Shown: piece by piece, positions 10,415 to 18,742 of the stretch
How positions within the stretch are numbered: the first letter of the stretch is position 1
Layout of the letters: each line of letters begins with the position of its first letter
Virus record (IMG/VR): IMGVR_UViG_3300037183_000125
Coordinates: 32,001 to 96,000 of that record
Source of the DNA: a virus
Taxonomy: Duplodnaviria > Caudoviricetes
Reading direction: 5' to 3' (one strand)
Length of the DNA stretch: 64,000 nt
Translations under genes and position numbers: made by a program
The notes under the pieces: generated by a model
Databases searched by the model: none
What the model was told of the DNA's origin: nothing
What the model saw: the letters and a program-made list of their open reading frames with translations, nothing else

Positions 10415-13350
10415 TAGTAAGTGGGCCTTCTCGGACTAAGAGCATTACCGCGCACTCGATAGACCGCAGCCGCGGAGTTACCGGAAACAGGGGTTAGCGA
10501 TATCGCGTTGTCCGGGTCATAGTTCGACCAGGATGAGAACACGACGAGGACAAGCATGCCCTTTTGCCCTATGGACGACACGTCGTCCTTGAGCTCCATG
10601 AGAACCGGGTAGGCCGTCTTATGCCGTCGCCCGTATGCGAGCTCCTGGGAGTAGATGACCGGCGAGTAGATCGGAGGGGACCCGACGTCCGATTTGGGCC
10701 AAAAGTTCCGCCCCTCGGCGTCAGTCACGACGTCCGCCCCGTCCCTATACAGGGTGACCTGACCCGGATCTGGCGAGAAGGGGACGAACGGGACGAGCTG
10801 TAGGAACCCAGTGTTTATCCCGAAGTTCTGGAGCTCTACGTCGGCCGGGCCGTCGAGCAAGCTCTCCGGAAAGTTGGCGGCCGGAAGCGATCCGATGGCG
10901 ACCTGGTCGCCGGGGGCCGAGTACGGGAACGAGGAGTCCGGGCTCCCCGGTCCGACCGCTATTACCGACATGGTCTTTCCGATCGCCTTCGGGACGAGGC
11001 GAAGAGACTGTGTCCCTGCAGGCGGAAGAAGGCTTTGGACGAGTCTCGTGACGTAGAAAGAATTGTACGAGTTACCGCCAGAGATGATCGGCGCCGGCCT
11101 GTACGCGTTGTAGGTCACGGACACGGACGTGGCCGACGCAAGAGGAAAGTTGAGCTGGACGATGGTGTAGGCCGTGTTGAACGTAAAGCTCGTCGTCTGA
11201 TACGGGGAGTGGGTCCCGTCGTTAATCGTGACAGGATCCCCGGTAAGGCGTTCCGGGATCATGATAGCGGACGCGCCAGACGCCTGCCCGGCGCCGCTGA
11301 AGCCGACCGCGGTGTTGAGAGTGGACCCGTTCGCGACGGAGTCGACCTCGACGTAGCCTGTGTTTCCGGCGATCTGAATCTGGTTTATGCCGACGATTGA
11401 GGCCGTCAGGTTCAGGGACAGGGACGCGAAATGGGCGTTCATGTTGTCCCGGACGGTCGTCTTCGGGGTCGTGGTCCCGGAGGTGACGACGAACGAGGAA
11501 AAGCCGGAACTCGGGTTGTCCCTGACGCGAAGCGTGCTGTTGACGCTCGTGTCAGCGAAGCTGAGAGTGTCGGTCCCGACAATTTGAGACGGGGTCTGTA
11601 GGGCGAAGGCCGTCGTGGAGACAGATGTCGTCCTGTGACGGATTACCTGCTCCCTATGGCCGGGGTCTACCCACTGCTGTGACCCGTCGTACGACGTCTC
11701 CGTGGCGTCCGGGATGGACTTCCGGGTCCCGTCAGAGGTAGCCTGCCACCCGGATGTGTCCATCCACCCGGGGACGCCGGAGGTCGCGGCCCAGAGCTGG
11801 ACATCGGAGATCACATTCTTCGCAAGGCCGAACCCGGGAGGGTACTCGACCGCGAGTTCGGCGAACATGTTCACGTTCGAGACGGACGAGTTCAAGGTTA
11901 TGGTGACGGTGTCCGTTCCGGACACCGTCGAAGAAAAGACGACCTTCGTCGCGTAATGGGGGCTGGACGAGTTAAGGGCATCATAGTCGCCTGCCCCGGA
12001 CGATATGCGGAGGGCGGACAGAAAGGCGATGTTCGTCCCGGACGGCGCCTGGGCCTGGACGTTTGTGGCTGACGCGTTCCACGGGAGTCGGAGCGCGGAC
12101 AGCTGAAACACTATCGTGGTCTCGGGGAGTCCGCCGACCGCGTGCAGGGCTACGACGGTGTCCGTGACACCGCGGTCGCTGAAGTACCTGCGGACCCCGT
12201 CCGGGTTTCCGGCGTGCCCGGAGGTGCCGATGTCGTCCCGGTAGAGGGTGGAGGTACCGACGGTCCCGAGCCCGGTAGTGCCACCATACGTGCTCATGGA
12301 GTTGTCCAGAACTTGCTGGAAAGCCTTTTCCATGATCTCCTCGTAGTCTGACGAGCAGAATCTACGAAGATCCACAACGTCGGCCGCCACTATCTGGTCT
12401 GCGAACAGCCCGTCGGGGCGCCCCGACGACCCGCCAATCAGACCCGCGCCGTTCATGTTGGAAGAGCGATTGAAGGCCGTGCTGTTACGACGGAAGACCG
12501 CAGCCAAAGGCTGCGCATACATGAGCCCGTCGGCCGTCCCGAGGGCGGACGCAGAGGTCGAGTCGCCCGTGCCGGCAACCCACATTCCCTTGTCGTCCGC
12601 GGACGAAGAGTAGTTGTAGGCGGTCGGGGAGCCGTCCGCACCCGGGCCGGAGAAGTTGGAGACCGAGTTGGCGACCACGGAAGGATCAGTTATCCCGTCG
12701 ATGTACGAGGCCAAGTTCACGTTCGAGATGACGCGAAGCCTATACTGGATCTGGACGCGGGCGTTCGAGGCCTGGGCGTAGTTCGGGTCGATAAGGTCGT
12801 CCGAGAGGTTCACCGCGTCGGGGGCCTTCACATTCCCGTTCCGAACGATGAGGCCGGTAGCGCTCTTGTTCGCCACGCTCGGTGCCGGGAGAATGAGGGC
12901 ACGCCAGGCCTCGAGGATGACGAGATCAGTGCGCGCCCCAGAGGAGGGGGGCGACTGGAGCGTGACGAGGTTCTGTCCGGGGGTCGTGACCGAGCTATAC
13001 TCGACGCGAAGGTTCCACCCGTTGATCAGAACATTATCGGCGAGAACAGTCAACTTGTTCTGGTTCCCGGCCGTGGCGGAAGGGTATATGAAAGAGCCGG
13101 ACGGGTCGGACCTCTCGAGGAAGTCCCCGCCCAGCCAGCAGGACGTCATCCACTTCTGAGCGGCGCGGCGGAGGCCGTAGTCGGACCCGATCTGGGAACG
13201 AAGGTTCATCTCCCAGTCGATGACCGGCGCGTCGGCCTGGACGACCAAGGACTCATACGAGCGGTCGTCGCCCGAGAACGCGCCGCCCGAGGAGACGGGC
13301 TGCGGGGACTCGGAGACACCCGCCCCATAGTTTCTGTAGCCGTTAGCCAT
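10414..13350 (-). CDS. Virion structural protein, paralogue of 5036..9676
   Basis: 978 aa. 'ESLVVQADAPVIDWEMN...VILEAW...ARVQIQYRLRVI...DKGMWVAGTGD...TADGLMYAQPLAAVFRRN...RPDGLFADQIV..DVVDLR' aligns by eye with the 1546-aa protein. Confidence 0.75.
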   Translation of the reverse strand: MANGYRNYGAGVSESPQPVSSGGAFSGDDRSYESLVVQADAPVIDWEMNLRSQIGSDYGLRRAAQKWMTSCWLGGDFLERSDPSGSFIYPSATAGNQNKLTVLADNVLINGWNLRVEYSSVTTPGQNLVTLQSPPSSGARTDLVILEAWRALILPAPSVANKSATGLIVRNGNVKAPDAVNLSDDLIDPNYAQASNARVQIQYRLRVISNVNLASYIDGITDPSVVANSVSNFSGPGADGSPTAYNYSSSADDKGMWVAGTGDSTSASALGTADGLMYAQPLAAVFRRNSTAFNRSSNMNGAGLIGGSSGRPDGLFADQIVAADVVDLRRFCSSDYEEIMEKAFQQVLDNSMSTYGGTTGLGTVGTSTLYRDDIGTSGHAGNPDGVRRYFSDRGVTDTVVALHAVGGLPETTIVFQLSALRLPWNASATNVQAQAPSGTNIAFLSALRISSGAGDYDALNSSSPHYATKVVFSSTVSGTDTVTITLNSSVSNVNMFAELAVEYPPGFGLAKNVISDVQLWAATSGVPGWMDTSGWQATSDGTRKSIPDATETSYDGSQQWVDPGHREQVIRHRTTSVSTTAFALQTPSQIVGTDTLSFADTSVNSTLRVRDNPSSGFSSFVVTSGTTTPKTTVRDNMNAHFASLSLNLTASIVGINQIQIAGNTGYVEVDSVANGSTLNTAVGFSGAGQASGASAIMIPERLTGDPVTINDGTHSPYQTTSFTFNTAYTIVQLNFPLASATSVSVTYNAYRPAPIISGGNSYNSFYVTRLVQSLLPPAGTQSLRLVPKAIGKTMSVIAVGPGSPDSSFPYSAPGDQVAIGSLPAANFPESLLDGPADVELQNFGINTGFLQLVPFVPFSPDPGQVTLYRDGADVVTDAEGRNFWPKSDVGSPPIYSPVIYSQELAYGRRHKTAYPVLMELKDDVSSIGQKGMLVLVVFSSWSNYDPDNAISLTPVSGNSAAAVYRVRGNALSPRRPTY

Positions 13351-13384
13351 GCGCGCTTCCTTCAGAATGGAGGGCTATCGAATT

Positions 13385-14050
13385 TTACCTCGTCCGTCCA
13401 CCGGGGATGGCGCTGACCAAGAGGGGGCGGGTATGGAGGACCAGGCGGTCTCCGGACCTGGTCATGGTCAAGCCAGGGACAAACCCCTGCTCTATCATCT
13501 TCCTGAGGCTTCGGATGGCCGAGGCGTCGTTCTTGTAATGGTGCTTCATCTTTCTGAGCGCCACGCGGAGCTCCACCCCGGGGTCCCGGACGACCTCGGC
13601 CACGAGGTTCCTGCAGGTCTCCTTGAACGGGGTCCAGCTCCGGCCGGTGCTGGAGCCGGCGGCCGCGAACGTCTTGTGCTCCGGCCGGCAGGCCTTCCCG
13701 AGGGCGCCCGTGGTCCTACGGTTGAAGAAGGGACGTCCGACGACGTTCACCATCCCTGCCTTCGACACGGTCATCCAGCCAATACCGAGGGCCGAGCAGA
13801 TCTTGGCGGCCAGGGCCCGGCAGTTCTTGCGGGGCGGGGTGGCAACCCAGGCGCAATGACAGTCCTTGATCCGGGAGACCGCCTGGTCCAGGACGTTGAA
13901 GGACAGGAGCGTCTTGCACTCGACCGTCCACACGACCCCGTGCCGGACGGCGACTATGTCGACCCCGGACACCTCCTGGTACACGTCCCAGCCCTCGGAC
14001 TCCAGCCAGGAGACGACATGGGCGGCCAGGGATGCCTCGGGGCTCTTCAC
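13385..14050 (-). CDS. PD-(D/E)XK nuclease-superfamily protein with basic C-terminal (possible wHTH) domain
   Basis: 'E..L...V..WLE..GWDVYQEV..VDIVAV......VECK......VLDQA......AWVA...LGIGWMTV' is a restriction-endonuclease-like fold motif (D...ExK). GTG start, coupled to the upstream gene. Confidence 0.75.
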   Translation of the reverse strand: MKSPEASLAAHVVSWLESEGWDVYQEVSGVDIVAVRHGVVWTVECKTLLSFNVLDQAVSRIKDCHCAWVATPPRKNCRALAAKICSALGIGWMTVSKAGMVNVVGRPFFNRRTTGALGKACRPEHKTFAAAGSSTGRSWTPFKETCRNLVAEVVRDPGVELRVALRKMKHHYKNDASAIRSLRKMIEQGFVPGLTMTRSGDRLVLHTRPLLVSAIPGGRTR

Positions 14051-14412
14051 TCCAGAACGGTACCGACGGACGTCAAGATCCGGCAGATCCGGCGCAGTCT
14101 GTCGCGAGACCGGGCGTGCGCCTCCCTCTCGCGCAGGAGCTCCGACCGGACCTCCTCCAACTCGCGCTCAAGAGCGAAGACCTTCGCCTCGGACTCCGTG
14201 TCGATCACGCGGAGTATGCAGCTCGACCGGGTCAGGCAAAGCTTCTCCAGGCTGACCATCTGGACCTCGGCAGGGCCTTTGCTATGGCCGAAGTACTGGA
14301 CGTCCTCACCGGGCTCCCACACTTGGGAGACCCGGACGGCCTTGAGGCGTCCGTCCGCCATCGTGACGACGGCGAACTGGCCCGCTCTGACGCCCGAGAC
14401 CGGCTCTCCCAT
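14047..14412 (-). CDS. Hypothetical protein with C-terminal coiled coil
   Basis: 121 aa; overlaps the nuclease start by 4 nt; 'LERELEEVRSELLREREAH' coiled coil; GTAATCT element 5 nt upstream. Confidence 0.65.
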   Translation of the reverse strand: MGEPVSGVRAGQFAVVTMADGRLKAVRVSQVWEPGEDVQYFGHSKGPAEVQMVSLEKLCLTRSSCILRVIDTESEAKVFALERELEEVRSELLREREAHARSRDRLRRICRILTSVGTVLE

Positions 14413-14425
14413 GCCCGAGATTACA

Positions 14426-14623
14426 TCACGATTCCATGACGAAGAGGGCGAGATGGTCCGGGTCCGGCTTCAGTCCCGCGTGCAGGGCGATGGAGGAGAC
14501 CGAGGCGCCGCAGACAGGACAGCGAAAGCCGCGGTCGATCAGGTCGAAGCGGCGGCTCTTGACCTTCGAGAGGCGGACCACCGGCGGATCGGCGATGTCG
14601 AAGAGCCAAGAGTTCACGGTCAC
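14426..14623 (-). CDS. Small CxxC/His Zn-finger-like protein ending DHLALFVMES
   Basis: 65 aa; CPVCG-x8-H...DH; GTGA overlap with the upstream paralogue. Confidence 0.7.
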   Translation of the reverse strand: MTVNSWLFDIADPPVVRLSKVKSRRFDLIDRGFRCPVCGASVSSIALHAGLKPDPDHLALFVMES

Positions 14624-14784
14624 GACTCCATGACGAAGAGAGCCAGGTGGTCAGCCCAAAGCGGGTCCAGGAAGGACTTTAGCATGACCATGTACTCTGC
14701 GTGCCCGGGTACGTTCATGACGCTCTTGCCGCACACCGGGCAGGTCGGGGACCTTCCCCCGTACACGTCGGTGAAGTGGGCCAT
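14620..14784 (-). CDS. Small CxxC/His Zn-finger-like protein ending DHLALFVMES (54 aa)
   Basis: Start reassigned to ATG 14784 (MAHFTDVYGG...) with AAGGAAGGA SD upstream. The longer 138-aa track ORF is antisense to a + strand gene. Contains CPVCG-x8-H...DH. Confidence 0.7.
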   Translation of the reverse strand: MAHFTDVYGGRSPTCPVCGKSVMNVPGHAEYMVMLKSFLDPLWADHLALFVMES

Positions 14785-14816
14785 CTTGGCGTCCTTCCTT
14801 GCGCTGAGCACCGAGG

Positions 14817-14826
14817 ACTGTACGCT
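14817..14826. promoter_or_regulatory. Putative bidirectional promoter (overlapping -10 hexamers)
   Basis: ACTGTACGCT gives TACGCT on + (6 nt before GTG 14833) and TACAGT on - (upstream of ATG 14784). This is the AnnnTAnnnT pattern, between divergent genes. Confidence 0.5.
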
Positions 14827-14832
14827 GGACAG

Positions 14833-15096
14833 GTGGACGAGACGGTCAAGGACGTGGACGAGAAGGCCCTGAACGGGACCGTCCTGTACAAGGACGGCCC
14901 GATCTCGAGCATCACGACCAGGGTAGTCGAGGAGGAAGAGGGCCTGGCCCTGATCCGGGAGGTCATGGAGGAGCCGAGGGGCGTGATACCCGTGGTCATG
15001 ACGGTCGTCCTCAGGACGCCGTTGAGCATGATCCACATCAACCTGAAGTTCGGCGAGGACTCAGAAGCTGAGACGCCAGACCCAGCTCAAGGTTGA
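14833..15096 (+). CDS. Hypothetical protein (87 aa), antisense to the tail operon
   Basis: GTG start; codons have strong G/C third-position bias in this frame (GTG GAC GAG ACG GTC AAG GAC...); 3' end overlaps 15061..15756 by 36 nt. Confidence 0.6.
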   Translation: MDETVKDVDEKALNGTVLYKDGPISSITTRVVEEEEGLALIREVMEEPRGVIPVVMTVVLRTPLSMIHINLKFGEDSEAETPDPAQG

Positions 15097-15756
15097 CGTG
15101 GCCGGTTTATTGATGACTGGGAAGCTAATGTAATTCACCAGGCAATCTTTCCCGACGACGTCGACGGTCGGGTCGTAGATCCCGTTGGGCGGGAGGATCG
15201 GGTTCGTGACGGAAAGGTTGGTGTCGACGTCGCCGCCGAGGATGCCCATCTCGACCAGGGGCCCGACGGCCTCGGACTCGGAGAATGTGGTCGTGAAGTC
15301 GACGACGCGGGTTGGGATCCCTGACACGCCGCCGTCGCCGTCGATGAACTCGGAGACCTGCATCTGCTTTCGCGAGATCTCGTTGTAGAGGGAGCGCTGC
15401 GTGTCCGTCGCGATGGGCGGGTTCTGCAGGTCCCATCCGACGTCGCCGGTCCCGACCGCGAGCGCGTAGCAGCCGAAGCGCGGCTCTGACGTGTTCGGGA
15501 TCGGGGGGCTCTTCATAAGCCGGGCGACGAGGATGGAGGCATCCCGTGTGACGATGTTCATGCGATGGCCCTCGGATAGGACCTCCCCGGTGACGGAGTG
15601 ACGGAGGGTCCAGAACACCTCGCCCTTGTAGGGATGCACGGCGTCCGCCGACTTGAAGCTGAGTCCGCCCTTCAGGGTCACGGATCCGCTGTTGCGGTCG
15701 GAGACCTTGGGGAACTTCTCTCGGCCGTTCGAACGACGGCGGGTCCTGCTGATCAT
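15061..15756 (-). CDS. Baseplate / tail-collar fibre-attachment protein (DUF3751-like fold)
   Basis: 'NIVT......LAVGTG......TQRSLYNEI.RK...VDFTTTF..SEA.G.L.EMGI.GG...LVNYISFPVINKP....LSWVWRLSF' matches the phage tail-collar/fibre N-terminal family; GGAG SD. Confidence 0.7.
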   Translation of the reverse strand: MISRTRRRSNGREKFPKVSDRNSGSVTLKGGLSFKSADAVHPYKGEVFWTLRHSVTGEVLSEGHRMNIVTRDASILVARLMKSPPIPNTSEPRFGCYALAVGTGDVGWDLQNPPIATDTQRSLYNEISRKQMQVSEFIDGDGGVSGIPTRVVDFTTTFSESEAVGPLVEMGILGGDVDTNLSVTNPILPPNGIYDPTVDVVGKDCLVNYISFPVINKPATSTLSWVWRLSF

Positions 15757-15767
15757 TATTGGCTCCT

Positions 15768-16238
15768 TCAGGGAATCTTGATGACGGTTGTCGGTCCGGG
15801 TGGCGTGGTCTGGACCAGGGTCGCGACCGCCGTATATTCGATCGGCTGCGTTCTATAAAGAGTGGCGTTCGTCCTAGAGAGGTTTGAGGCCCCGAAGCCG
15901 GGTCCTCCCCCGAACCTGAAGAGGCGGCTGGAGCGCTCCTGAGGACGAAAATACCGGTCGGTAGCCAGTGCGGCGACCTCGACCGACACGAAGTCGACGG
16001 AGTTAGCCGAGCTCGGGTCCAACAGGGACGCCGAGAAGAATATGAGCCCGCTCGCGCCGGAGAGCGGCCCGGACGACGGCTCGCCGGTGAACTTTGCTAT
16101 GGGAGAGCGGCCGAACAGTAGACCGTCGGGGACAGGGTATATCCCCGTTGAAAAAGGGCTCGCGCCAGACATGGGGGCCGGGTCGGACGAACCCCATGGG
16201 CCGAACCCCCATCTTGATATGCCATATCCGCCCGGCAT
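15768..16238 (-). CDS. Small virion protein with N-terminal GYG-x3-WG-x2-PWG motif
   Basis: 156 aa; in the operon; aromatic-Gly N-terminal motif common in phage structural proteins. Confidence 0.6.
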   Translation of the reverse strand: MPGGYGISRWGFGPWGSSDPAPMSGASPFSTGIYPVPDGLLFGRSPIAKFTGEPSSGPLSGASGLIFFSASLLDPSSANSVDFVSVEVAALATDRYFRPQERSSRLFRFGGGPGFGASNLSRTNATLYRTQPIEYTAVATLVQTTPPGPTTVIKIP

Positions 16239-16244
16239 GATGAT

Positions 16245-16742
16245 CTATGGGCCGATCCAGGAGTCGAGGATAGTCAGTTCAACCAGAGGGCCGCCGAACG
16301 GAAGTGGTCCTGTATATGATAGGAGGGAGACGACAGAGGAGGTCCAGTATACAAAGCGGGTCGGATCGTTCAACGGGCCGGATGCGTCACGAGCCCGAAG
16401 TCTGTTCAGCTTGGTGCCGGAGCCTGTACTGAGTGGAAGAGGGATGGAGACCGAGTTCAAGGAAACTATATCATGTTCGACGTTACCGAACGGGGAGGAC
16501 TGATAATACCCGAAGCCAGAAGGCTGAGGGCCGGTCGTTCCGACAACGACATTGCGGTCGTGAAGCTTTATCAGGGACGAAACATCATGAACAACCCCGA
16601 AGGACTGGTTTGAATAAGCCTGAGACCCGGTCGGCCAGGGGGAGCCGGACGGGGAGCCGGACGGGGAGCCGCCAATGAAGGTTATGAGATTTTCGGAACC
16701 TCCTCTTCTGATGGAGGTCGTGTCGAAGGAGGGGCTTGCCAT
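16245..16742 (-). CDS. Hypothetical virion protein
   Basis: 165 aa; tight spacing with neighbours; contains a 12-bp GGGGAGCCGGAC repeat (GSPS). Confidence 0.6.
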   Translation of the reverse strand: MASPSFDTTSIRRGGSENLITFIGGSPSGSPSGSPWPTGSQAYSNQSFGVVHDVSSLIKLHDRNVVVGTTGPQPSGFGYYQSSPFGNVEHDIVSLNSVSIPLPLSTGSGTKLNRLRARDASGPLNDPTRFVYWTSSVVSLLSYTGPLPFGGPLVELTILDSWIGP

Positions 16743-16753
16743 GGGTTAGACTA

Positions 16754-18736
16754 TCAGGAGTTTTGCGGTATGTTCGTCCCATCCCACGGGCCCATGGCGA
16801 CAGACCCACTAACGGAGGAGGAGAGCTGAACCCATCTCTTTCCATCATATGTATCGTTCCCAGAGCCACCCTGCGTCACATTCATCCACCTGCATGTGCC
16901 CTTTCTCATTCTCTGGTTTACCTGTGTTGAGACGACCCAGACCGGCTCCCGGACGACAGTCGTGACGAGAGCACAGGCTACCCTGTCAGATGTGGCAGGA
17001 GTCAATCCGATGATGGAGTTCCCGTTCCATGCTCCGAGAACAGCTCCTTGGAACTCCTGAAACGAGTCCCCGACAGAAAACCCCCTTCTTCTCCACCCCC
17101 TCCATGAGGAGGCGCCGGACGAGGCCCAGGAAACGCTCGCACTGAACATATCCCCAAAAGTTGTACTGACAACTGTTGTAGTGTTGACAGTTCTTGTTCC
17201 AGTATAAAAAGTTGTTGTCGGGATTCCATATACGTAAGGCCAGACATCTCCCTCTTCGCAGTCATCGAGCCTTTGACATACGATCCCAATATAGGCAGTA
17301 AGGCTTCCACCAGATCCGGCCGGGTTCCCTACGGCCAGCGTCCAACTACCGTCGGACGACACTCCGGAGGCCTCTATGGCGTTCGCCACCATAGCCTGAA
17401 TCTTTCCGAAGCCAGTAGTGATTGTTGCGTTGGCTATCAAGCTAGTGGACCCGGTCCCTGCTGCACCGGATCCACCGGTCCCGACAAGAACCATGGTCCC
17501 GACAGTCGGGAACCCGTTCGTTGTGACGACTCCGCCCGTAGCACCACCTGGGCAGACCGTTGCCGTGCATGTTCCAAGAGCGGCCTGGACGGAAAAACGG
17601 GATGTGCTCTCCCCAACAGAGTCAACGCACTGAGCGTAGACATGACCATTCAGGGCCGTATTCTTCCAGAAGACGAGCTCCTGGACGAACTCCACGGCCG
17701 TACCGGAAGAAAGGGGAGTGAAGACGGTCCCCGATACGCCGCCCGTTATGTTATCGGTAGCTCCGCCGGAGATGTTCCACCCCCGTGGGGCGGAACCAGT
17801 CCCGTTCACCCTAGGGGCTATGACTATATAACCAAGACCGCCAACGGAGTCTGGACAGCTTCCAATGAGCTCCCCCTGAGCCCCCGTGCTGGACTGGGTA
17901 AGGTTCTCCCCCCGGACATAGCCGGTCGGAACGGCAGTTCCGACCGGTATCCTAATAGTTGACGGTCCCTGAATACTGAGCCAGGCTCCTGTCCCGGAAG
18001 CACCTTGTATGGTTGTCGGGAAGGACTGGGAGGTCGGGGACATCTCGGTCCACGATATGCTCCCGTTGTTGGCGTCGGACACAGCCGATGCGTTCTCTAT
18101 GACGACTGACGTCGCGGACAAGACCTGGACTATGACGAACGTGCCGTTGTTGGCGCCGGTCGTAGCGTTCGTTATGGTGAGACGATCCCCGACAGAACCC
18201 CTCGACGTGGAGGTTTGAACGGACATGCCAGTGAGGCCTGTTATCGTGGACCTTCCGGCGGAGGCAGCCCCGATGGAGGCGGCCTGACCTCCCTGCTGCT
18301 CAGACCATGATATGCTGCCGTTGTTCGCGTCGGACGCGGCAGCCGGATTATATATTCCAACCTGAGTAGCAGATGACCTCGAGACGATTCTCCAGGTCCC
18401 ATTGTTCGCGGAGGTAGCCGCACCGGATATTGTAAGATAGTGACCAACAGAAGTCGCCAGCATGCCGGTTAAGCCGGTTATCTGTGAAACCCCGTTAGAG
18501 GGAGCACCTATCGACGCGGCCGAACCGGTCTGACCGGAGACGGTCGAGTTGTTAACAAGACCGCCGGTGGCCCAACGGTCGTTCGTCATGTCCCCGGTCG
18601 TGTCCTTCGCCAGGGCGTCGGAGGAGGACTTATACTTATATCCGGCGGCCAAGAGCGCGCGGGATAGAGTCCATACGGCGCTAAAAAGGTCGCTGGTTGA
18701 GAATGTTGAGGTGTTCAGAATTGTTGCGTTGGCCAT
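16754..18736 (-). CDS. Gly/Ser/Thr-rich virion (fibre-associated) protein, paralogue A
   Basis: 660 aa; two copies of the small beta module 'ITGLTG...SVG..LTI..A....NNGT..IV...SAT.V.I.N..A.SDANNG.ISW.E'; paralogous to 18743..20539. Confidence 0.75.
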   Translation of the reverse strand: MANATILNTSTFSTSDLFSAVWTLSRALLAAGYKYKSSSDALAKDTTGDMTNDRWATGGLVNNSTVSGQTGSAASIGAPSNGVSQITGLTGMLATSVGHYLTISGAATSANNGTWRIVSRSSATQVGIYNPAAASDANNGSISWSEQQGGQAASIGAASAGRSTITGLTGMSVQTSTSRGSVGDRLTITNATTGANNGTFVIVQVLSATSVVIENASAVSDANNGSISWTEMSPTSQSFPTTIQGASGTGAWLSIQGPSTIRIPVGTAVPTGYVRGENLTQSSTGAQGELIGSCPDSVGGLGYIVIAPRVNGTGSAPRGWNISGGATDNITGGVSGTVFTPLSSGTAVEFVQELVFWKNTALNGHVYAQCVDSVGESTSRFSVQAALGTCTATVCPGGATGGVVTTNGFPTVGTMVLVGTGGSGAAGTGSTSLIANATITTGFGKIQAMVANAIEASGVSSDGSWTLAVGNPAGSGGSLTAYIGIVCQRLDDCEEGDVWPYVYGIPTTTFYTGTRTVNTTTVVSTTFGDMFSASVSWASSGASSWRGWRRRGFSVGDSFQEFQGAVLGAWNGNSIIGLTPATSDRVACALVTTVVREPVWVVSTQVNQRMRKGTCRWMNVTQGGSGNDTYDGKRWVQLSSSVSGSVAMGPWDGTNIPQNS

Positions 18737-18742
18737 GGTATC

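Noticed and set aside
14785-15041. Minus-strand ORFs starting at 15036 or 15041
   Set aside because: The + frame 14833..15096 gives the more plausible protein and has a -10-like element, and ATG 14784 has its own SD.
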